Of a DNA stretch of 40,152 bases, positions 33,910-40,152 are shown in pieces. Source of the DNA: a virus (lineage: Duplodnaviria > Caudoviricetes); the IMG/VR virus record IMGVR_UViG_3300030376_006008, positions 1-40,152 of that record; one strand, 5' to 3'. The notes below the pieces were generated by a model. It saw nothing but the letters and a program-made list of their open reading frames with translations, made no database searches and was not told the origin of the DNA. The translations under genes were made by a program, and so were the position numbers. The first letter of the stretch is position 1. Each line of letters starts with the position of its first letter.

Positions 33910-36180
33910 ATGTCGTATACAAATTTTCCAAGACAACTACTTAGTGATAAAGAAAAGACTAAGGATTGGTGTGAGCAAAATTTAGACGCAATGTCTCCAT
34001 ATATAGCTCAACACAACAATAGTCTTTATGTTAATGATAGATACAAAGATATTAGAAATTATCAAGCTTATCATGGTCATTTTGACCCAAAAGACTATGA
34101 GCATGTAACAGACCAGTATGGAACACCTTTTCCTGCTCGTATGACTAACTATAATATAATAGCTCCTAAAATAGATTTATTAACTAGTGAAGAATTGCGT
34201 AGACCATTAGAAACGCAAGTAAATTCTATAAATAAGTCTGCAGTTCAAAGAAAACAAGATATAAAGGTAGGCTTAGTAGCAGAAGCTCTTTTATCAGAAG
34301 TTAAAAAAGAAGTAAACCAAACTATGGGTATGCCTGTAGCAGAAAATGTTATGGGAATGGAAATACCAGACAATATAGAAGAGTTTATGCGATATACTTA
34401 TAAAGAAGCTATAGAGGAAACAGTAGAAGATGGATTAAACTATTTAAAAGAAAGACATCGCTGGAAAGACTTGTTTAGAAATGGTTTTAGAGACCTTTTA
34501 GTAACAGGTAAAGTTTTTTATAAAACAGAAGTTGTAAATGGAGACCCTACAATAAGAAAAGTAGACCCAAGAAATATTGCTTTTGATGTTTCTATAGAAA
34601 GTGATTATTTAGATAACGCACAATGGGTGGTAGAACAAAGATGGTTAGGAATAAACCAAATATTAGATGAATATGGTGACGAACTAACTAAAGAAGACGT
34701 AATAGAGTTAGAAAAAATGAGACATATATCTACAGGAGATGAGTTGTCTAATTATAATTCTAATTTAGATTGGATACAATACGATAGTTCTACTGGCGTA
34801 AAGGTTAGACTTATACACGGAGAATGGAAATCTATACGAGCTATTAAAGTAAAAATATCTCCTAATAAATATGACCCTACTAATCCATTTAGAAAAATAG
34901 TAAAAGATACTTATAAACCAAGAAAGGGAGAAAAGGTAGAAACTAAATATGTAGATGATATTTGGGAGGCTACTAAAATAGGTGGTCAAATAATGGTTAA
35001 TTGTAGACGCAGACCAAATCAAGTAAGGTCTGTAGATGATGCAGGACCAGCTTCATTATCTTATGTGGGTTGTGTGCATAATTTATCTTCAGGTCGTGTT
35101 ACAAGTTTAGTGGACGTTCTTAAACATATTCAAATGTTATACAATGTGGTTATGTACCACATAGAGTTAACATTATCTAGAGCTGGAGGAAAAGCTGTTG
35201 TTTACGATGTTTCACAAATGCCGTCAAATATAGGTATGGACATGCAAACTGTATTGTACCATATTAAAAATGACGGAATTATTCCTATTAATTCTAGGGA
35301 TGAGGGTGGAGTAGATACCGCAAGATTTAACCAATTTCAACAAGTAGATTTTACATTGTCAAATTCTGTGCAACAGTTAATGAACTTAAAATTAATGTTG
35401 GAGCAAACTGCAGGTCAAGTTTGCGGTATATCTCCCCAAAGAGAAGGAGCTGTTTCTCAATATGAAGCAGTTGGTAATGTTCAAAGAACTGTAACACAAT
35501 CTAACTTAGTAACAGAAAGTTGGTTTTATCAACATTCGGAAGTTAAAAAAAGAGTTATAGAACAAGTTTGTAATTTAATGAAAGTTTGTTGGGCTGAAGG
35601 TAAAAAAGCTGGATATATATTAGGAGATGGTGGTTTTAAAATGTTAAAAGTTTTACCTGACGTTGCATTAAATGACTATGGTATATTTGTTACCGAAGGA
35701 GGCAAAGAAGATGCAATAAAACAAGCTATAACACAAATGGCACAATCTGCTTTACAAAGTGGAAGTATAGGGCTATTAGATGTTATTAAAGTTTTAAAAT
35801 CTGATACATTAACTGAAGCAGAACACATATTAGAAAACGGATTACAAGAAATGCAAAAACAACAACAAGCTGCACAAGAGGCACAAATGCAAGCACAACA
35901 AGCTGCCGCGCAAGAATCTCAAGCACAACGTGAGCATGAAACTAATTTAAAGAAATTAGATGTAGACGGCAAGGTAAAAACTGCTGAAAAATTAAATGAA
36001 GGTAAAGTTGCTGTTGCTAATATACAAGCAGATTTAGAAGCTGATATAGCAGATGATAAGATAAGAGCAGGCTTTGATAAAGAAGCTATTCAAGCTGACT
36101 ATAAGGAGAAACAAGAAAAGATAAAATTAAAGCATGATAAAGAAAAGTCTGACAAAGACAGACGCGCAAAAAACAAGTAA
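33910..36180 (+). CDS. Portal protein, crAss-like
   Basis: Follows TerL; FPRQ...W, YNIIAPKIDLL..EE, GISPQREG and Q-rich C-terminal coiled coil. Confidence 0.88.
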   Translation: MSYTNFPRQLLSDKEKTKDWCEQNLDAMSPYIAQHNNSLYVNDRYKDIRNYQAYHGHFDPKDYEHVTDQYGTPFPARMTNYNIIAPKIDLLTSEELRRPLETQVNSINKSAVQRKQDIKVGLVAEALLSEVKKEVNQTMGMPVAENVMGMEIPDNIEEFMRYTYKEAIEETVEDGLNYLKERHRWKDLFRNGFRDLLVTGKVFYKTEVVNGDPTIRKVDPRNIAFDVSIESDYLDNAQWVVEQRWLGINQILDEYGDELTKEDVIELEKMRHISTGDELSNYNSNLDWIQYDSSTGVKVRLIHGEWKSIRAIKVKISPNKYDPTNPFRKIVKDTYKPRKGEKVETKYVDDIWEATKIGGQIMVNCRRRPNQVRSVDDAGPASLSYVGCVHNLSSGRVTSLVDVLKHIQMLYNVVMYHIELTLSRAGGKAVVYDVSQMPSNIGMDMQTVLYHIKNDGIIPINSRDEGGVDTARFNQFQQVDFTLSNSVQQLMNLKLMLEQTAGQVCGISPQREGAVSQYEAVGNVQRTVTQSNLVTESWFYQHSEVKKRVIEQVCNLMKVCWAEGKKAGYILGDGGFKMLKVLPDVALNDYGIFVTEGGKEDAIKQAITQMAQSALQSGSIGLLDVIKVLKSDTLTEAEHILENGLQEMQKQQQAAQEAQMQAQQAAAQESQAQREHETNLKKLDVDGKVKTAEKLNEGKVAVANIQADLEADIADDKIRAGFDKEAIQADYKEKQEKIKLKHDKEKSDKDRRAKNK

Positions 36181-36191
36181 AAAATATTAAC

Positions 36192-36199
36192 TATCTTTG
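36192..36199 (+). promoter_or_regulatory. Sigma-A -7 element TATCTTTG ahead of scaffold and MCP
   Basis: Intergenic TAnnTTTG match. Confidence 0.6.
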
Positions 36200-36228
36200 T
36201 AACAAAGTAAAGAGCAAAAATTATAATT

Positions 36229-37251
36229 ATGAGTGAAAACAAAACAGGCGAAGACCTAATAGAAAAGGTTGAGCAACAAGTTGAAGAAACAACAGAAAAC
36301 AATGAAAGTGCTGGGTTTGACCCTAAAGCATTTATGTCGGAAGATTCTTCTGAAGCAAAAGAAGAAACTGTAGAAGAACAAAAAGAAGAAGTGGTAGAAA
36401 GTAAAAGCGCAGAAGAAGAAGAGGAGTCAGATGAGGATGATTTTACTTGGGATTCTATAGAAACAGATGCTAAGGAAGAAAGCGTAGAAGAAGAAGAAGA
36501 AGATTGGGACGCTAAACCTGAAACAAAAGAAGAAGAGTCTGACAAAACAGAAGAAAAAGAGGCACCATATGATTGGGAAACTCTAGCTAACGAAATAGGT
36601 GTTAAAGCTAAAGATGAAGAAAGTTTTAAAACTGCAGTAAAACAAATGCTAGATAACCCAGCCCCTGTAAGCGATACTGTTACACAATTACAGGATTTTT
36701 TAAAAATGGGTGACCGAAAACTTATTGAAGCTGACCTTGAGGCATCAGGAATGGAAAAAGAAGAAATAAAAGATACTGTAGATAGAATGCAGGATTCTGG
36801 TCTTTTAAAAAGGGAAGCTGTTGTATTAAGAAAAAATTTGCAAAACTATATTGCTAATGAAAGAGATAGATTAAGAAAGATAGAGAAAGAAAGAGTTGCG
36901 ACAAAAGAAAAAGAAAATCTAAATAGCAGAAGAGCTTTGCAAAAATATATAAAAGACAAAGAGGACTTTTTTGGAGGTAAAATTAAAAATACTGAAAAGA
37001 AAGACCTTTATAACTATATAACATCAGGAGAATTTTCTGAGGAATTATACAGTACTCATGCCAATGTTGCGGATGCTGCGTTCTTATGGAAATATAAAGA
37101 CAAAATCTTCAAGATGTTACGTGGCCAAGGAATGGAAAAGGGTAAAGCCGCAGTAATTAATAAAATTACTAATCCAAACCTAGGACGAAAGTCTCAACAT
37201 GTTGATACCAAACAAAAAAGTGGTTTTGACCCTGTTGAGTTTATGAAGTAA
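36229..37251 (+). CDS. Acidic capsid scaffolding-like protein
   Basis: Between portal and MCP; Glu-rich disordered N-terminal half, helical C-terminal half. Confidence 0.65.
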   Translation: MSENKTGEDLIEKVEQQVEETTENNESAGFDPKAFMSEDSSEAKEETVEEQKEEVVESKSAEEEEESDEDDFTWDSIETDAKEESVEEEEEDWDAKPETKEEESDKTEEKEAPYDWETLANEIGVKAKDEESFKTAVKQMLDNPAPVSDTVTQLQDFLKMGDRKLIEADLEASGMEKEEIKDTVDRMQDSGLLKREAVVLRKNLQNYIANERDRLRKIEKERVATKEKENLNSRRALQKYIKDKEDFFGGKIKNTEKKDLYNYITSGEFSEELYSTHANVADAAFLWKYKDKIFKMLRGQGMEKGKAAVINKITNPNLGRKSQHVDTKQKSGFDPVEFMK

Positions 37252-37325
37252 TAAATAAGAAGGCAACGCTATTTTATTTGTTATTGTGTATTAATTTATT
37301 TATAACAATTTAAAATTATTTAAAA

Positions 37326-38753
37326 ATGGCAAAAGTTTATACGGGTACGTATGGAAAGGACACAACGGATGAAACGGCGTTGGTAACCAACTTACTAAAA
37401 TACCCAGAGATAGGTAAGAAAATTATCTCTCAATATCCACGTTTCTCTCTAACATATTTGTTAGAAGCTGCAGGTAGAAATGCTGCAGAAAAAGTTATCG
37501 GCGATTACGCTTTCGAATGGAAGATGATGGGTCGATACAGAAAACCATGTACAATTCACACATCTACAGGAGGAGCTACAGGCGCTGTATCTGCAGGTAG
37601 TACATTTACATTAACTTTTACACATGATACTGCTAATGGTACTTATGGTAATAATTTAAATGTAAACGATGTAGTTAGAATGCCTTCTGGTAACACAGCA
37701 ATCGTAACAGATGCTGGTACTGCAGGTGCTGCTTCTAATGTGGTAACATTCCGAGCTATAGACGCAATTAACGAAACTACAGCTGATGGTGATGTTATAG
37801 GTTGTATTGGTAATGCATTTAATCAAGGTTCATTAGGAGCTGAGGTAGGACAAAACTACGCTTACCCAGATACTTACAAGAACTGGTTAACTCTATCTCG
37901 TAAAAAAACAAAAATTATGGGAACTGACTTAACTGATGTTACTTGGATTGAGTCTAATGGACACAGATTATGGTATTTCACAAAAGAGCAACAAATGACT
38001 GACCAGTTTATGTATGAGCTAGAACTACAAAGATGGTATGGTAAAAAATCAAGTAACATGACTTCTGCAAGCTACCCTGGAGATACAGGATTAGACACAG
38101 GAGAATTTGTTTCTGGTGTGCCAATCATGGGTGATGGTTTATTAGCACAAATTGATGGAGCTAATCAAGCTACATACACACCTGGCGCGTTAACTGAAGA
38201 AGATATTGTAAACTTTATTGGTACACTTTCTAAAAATGCATTAAATGCAGAAGGAAATGTATTTACAGTATTTACTGGTACACAAGGAAGAATTGACTTC
38301 CACAGAGCTATGAAAGACTTATTAGTTACTCTAGGTTCTGGTACTCCAGTATTCGCTGGTAAAGGAGGAGGTGATGTATCGTTAGGTGCAAACTTCCAAG
38401 AGTACAATGTTTTAGGTAATAAGATGATTCTATCTTACTGCCCAGTATTTGATGACCCGAACTTACATAATTCTATTTCATCTACATTTGATACTTCAAA
38501 TGAATCAGGTAAAATGGTATTTATTGATATGGGAATTCAAAATGGTGTTAGTAATGTAGAGTTAATTGCTAAAGGTGCTGAAGGTTTTAACAGAAGTTTT
38601 GTTAAGAAATATGTACCTGGTATGGTTAACCCTTATGACTATAATTCGATGATGGCTGCTAACGGTGATGACTTCTTTGAATGTCAAATTCTTTCTGAAT
38701 CTGGTATTATTCTTAGAAATCCATTATCTTGTGGTATATTATCTAATTCGTAA
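37326..38753 (+). CDS. Major capsid protein, crAss-like
   Basis: 475 aa; position; FEWKMMG, GDGLLAQI, FTGTQG and SESGIILRNP. Confidence 0.88.
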   Translation: MAKVYTGTYGKDTTDETALVTNLLKYPEIGKKIISQYPRFSLTYLLEAAGRNAAEKVIGDYAFEWKMMGRYRKPCTIHTSTGGATGAVSAGSTFTLTFTHDTANGTYGNNLNVNDVVRMPSGNTAIVTDAGTAGAASNVVTFRAIDAINETTADGDVIGCIGNAFNQGSLGAEVGQNYAYPDTYKNWLTLSRKKTKIMGTDLTDVTWIESNGHRLWYFTKEQQMTDQFMYELELQRWYGKKSSNMTSASYPGDTGLDTGEFVSGVPIMGDGLLAQIDGANQATYTPGALTEEDIVNFIGTLSKNALNAEGNVFTVFTGTQGRIDFHRAMKDLLVTLGSGTPVFAGKGGGDVSLGANFQEYNVLGNKMILSYCPVFDDPNLHNSISSTFDTSNESGKMVFIDMGIQNGVSNVELIAKGAEGFNRSFVKKYVPGMVNPYDYNSMMAANGDDFFECQILSESGIILRNPLSCGILSNS

Positions 38754-38761
38754 ATTTAATT

Positions 38762-38801
38762 GATGGCGCAGGGGATAATTTATTTTGTCCCCTCCCCCAT
38801 C
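38762..38801 (+). terminator. Stem-loop after MCP
   Basis: GATGG..AGGGGATAA / TTGTCCCCT..CCATC inverted repeat. Confidence 0.6.
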
Positions 38802-38824
38802 TTAACTTTTAAAAATAAAATAAA

Positions 38825-39130
38825 ATGGCAACAAAATTTTTTTATGTACGAAGAGACGAAAACGAAACAATAGCATTTCCTGTTGATAACGTTCGTTCTT
38901 TTCATATGACAGGCGCTGCCTTGTTAAATATAACAATAGACCCTTTAGAAGGCGGTTCAGGAGATGCTGAGATTGAATTGAGTATAACAGAAGGTAAGTC
39001 AGAAGAAGTAATCAAATCTATAATAGCTGCTGGTCGTTCAAGTAGAGCTTTGTTTATAAGCATTGCTGATAAAGTAACTGGTAAACATTGTAATAGCAAT
39101 ATTACAGATGTAGCTGTTGTTAGTGCTTAA
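38825..39130 (+). CDS. Paralog family A, copy 5
   Basis: KFFY...FPVDNVRS...LSITEGKSEEV...IADKVTGK. Confidence 0.7.
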   Translation: MATKFFYVRRDENETIAFPVDNVRSFHMTGAALLNITIDPLEGGSGDAEIELSITEGKSEEVIKSIIAAGRSSRALFISIADKVTGKHCNSNITDVAVVSA

Positions 39131-39159
39131 TAGAGTATAAATATTTAAAAATTATAATT

Positions 39160-39471
39160 ATGAAAAATTTTTTATTTGCAAGACATTTAGCTGATGCTAA
39201 TGATGCAATTATATGTGTTCCTTACGATAGAATACGCTCTATGCACTTAACTGGCGCTACAGCTTTAAAAATTCAATTCGTAGGTGACAATGGTGCAGAA
39301 GGAAGTGCAATTTTAACAATTACAACTGGTAAATCATTAGAAGTAATGAAAGCTATTGTAAATGCTCAAAGACACACTGGAAATTCTTTTGTAAATATTG
39401 GAGACCAAATTGAGGGTAAATATATTCACCCAAATTTAGAAGCAATATCTACTCTAAGATTTGACGAATAA
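39160..39471 (+). CDS. Paralog family A, copy 6
   Basis: VPYDRIRS...LKIQF...LTITTGKSLEV...IGDQIEGK. Confidence 0.7.
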   Translation: MKNFLFARHLADANDAIICVPYDRIRSMHLTGATALKIQFVGDNGAEGSAILTITTGKSLEVMKAIVNAQRHTGNSFVNIGDQIEGKYIHPNLEAISTLRFDE

Positions 39472-39485
39472 TAAATCAATGTGAC

Positions 39486-39508
39486 GAGGGGGAAAGTTAA
39501 CCCCCCTC
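39486..39508 (+). terminator. GC stem-loop
   Basis: GAGGGGG ... CCCCCTC; weak U-tract. Confidence 0.5.
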
Positions 39509-39559
39509 TAATCATTTAAAAATAGGAAACTAAGTGTTAACTTTAAAAATTATTAAAAA

Positions 39560-40069
39560 ATGAAAGATGTATTTGACGTAAAACGTTCCGCAGATAGCGA
39601 TGACGTTTTAAAATGTTTGAACGGTCAATTTTATAAAGTAGCTACATTAAGTGCAGCTGCCGAAACTATTGAAGATGTTCAATCTGGTACGCTGTTTATC
39701 GTAGATACTGCAGCTACTGGCGCAAAATTAGTAATTAGTCTACCTGCTTGTGCGGCTGGATTACATTACCGATTTTTTATGAAAGCAGACGGTTCTCAGG
39801 CTGTTGACTGGGACGCTAAAGCTGTTACAAGTGGAACTAATGATGACTTTTTAGGAGTTATTAGAGACATGGAAACAGGAACTGAGGCTGAAGTTGCTTT
39901 TAATGGAAGCTCGCACAATCAAATTACATTTGACACCAACTATAATGCTGGTGACTATGTAGAGATTGTTGGAACTGATGCAAATCAGTGGTTAATTATT
40001 CCATCTTCTGTTTCAGGAGATATTGCAGGAATTGCTGCTGCTAATTCATCAGCTAATACTGCTGAGTAA
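39560..40069 (+). CDS. Putative capsid decoration/head fibre protein
   Basis: SGTLFIVD...ISLPA..AGLHYRF...GDYVEI beta pattern, downstream of MCP. Confidence 0.5.
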   Translation: MKDVFDVKRSADSDDVLKCLNGQFYKVATLSAAAETIEDVQSGTLFIVDTAATGAKLVISLPACAAGLHYRFFMKADGSQAVDWDAKAVTSGTNDDFLGVIRDMETGTEAEVAFNGSSHNQITFDTNYNAGDYVEIVGTDANQWLIIPSSVSGDIAGIAAANSSANTAE

Positions 40070-40078
40070 TCAAACTAT

Positions 40079-40110
40079 ATACTTATCCCCTCTTCGGAGG
40101 GGGTGGGTAT
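40079..40110 (+). terminator. cUUCGg stem-loop
   Basis: ATACTTATCCCCTC-TTCG-GAGGGGGTGGGTAT. Confidence 0.65.
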
Positions 40111-40117
40111 TATTATT

Positions 40118-40152
40118 ATGGCAAGGACAATATTAAAATATAACCCAGATAC
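40118..40152 (+). CDS. Start of next CDS (partial)
   Basis: ATG with AT-rich start region, reads MARTILKYNPD to the window end. Confidence 0.5.
   Translation, partial: MARTILKYNPD

Noticed and set aside
34778-34786. QYD (CAATACGAT) inside the portal gene
   Set aside because: Internal, not followed by a stop, no GG context; probably chance.
36099-36545. Ser-rich antisense ORF and other opposite-strand ORFs in the track (e.g. 3862, 5148, 14726, 20513)
   Set aside because: Shadows of biased sense-strand codons, fully overlapping better-supported genes.
32087-38753. Introns or inteins in head genes
   Set aside because: ORFs are uninterrupted and of ordinary size, and no splicing or homing motifs were seen.
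1-40152. Stop-codon reassignment as in some crAss-like phages
   Set aside because: TerL, portal, MCP and DnaB are full length in code 11, and TAG and TGA both occur at plausible gene ends.

Overview
An AT-rich (about 30% GC by eye), gene-dense segment of a tailed dsDNA phage. The host is most likely a Bacteroidota bacterium: there are TAnnTTTG promoters, AT-rich starts without Shine-Dalgarno sites, and a T9SS-like C-terminal signal. There are three blocks. (1) + strand, 1-15.9 kb: tail/structural-type genes, a promoter-led cluster of exported and membrane proteins, lysis genes, a run of tiny Lys/Arg-rich ORFs and a metallophosphoesterase. (2) - strand, 15.97-27.6 kb: DnaB helicase, a truncated initiator, Sak4-like ATPase, RecE-like nuclease, NinB, RusA-like resolvase, HU-like protein, a DnaA domain IV protein, amidoligase, class II GATase, GGCT and several micro-ORFs. 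(3) + strand, 28-40 kb: paralog arrays and a crAss-like head module (TerL, portal, acidic scaffold, MCP). The most unusual signals are: six small basic proteins sharing a C-terminal Q[YK]D-stop tag; a phage-encoded beta-barrel next to an LDL-A/T9SS-cargo protein; an 1810-aa protein that is a small domain split by a ~1690-aa insert; a six-member paralog family; a GC-rich 14-bp motif present three times; and repeated promoters predicting leaderless mRNAs. All calls come from reading motifs by eye; no database searches were run.
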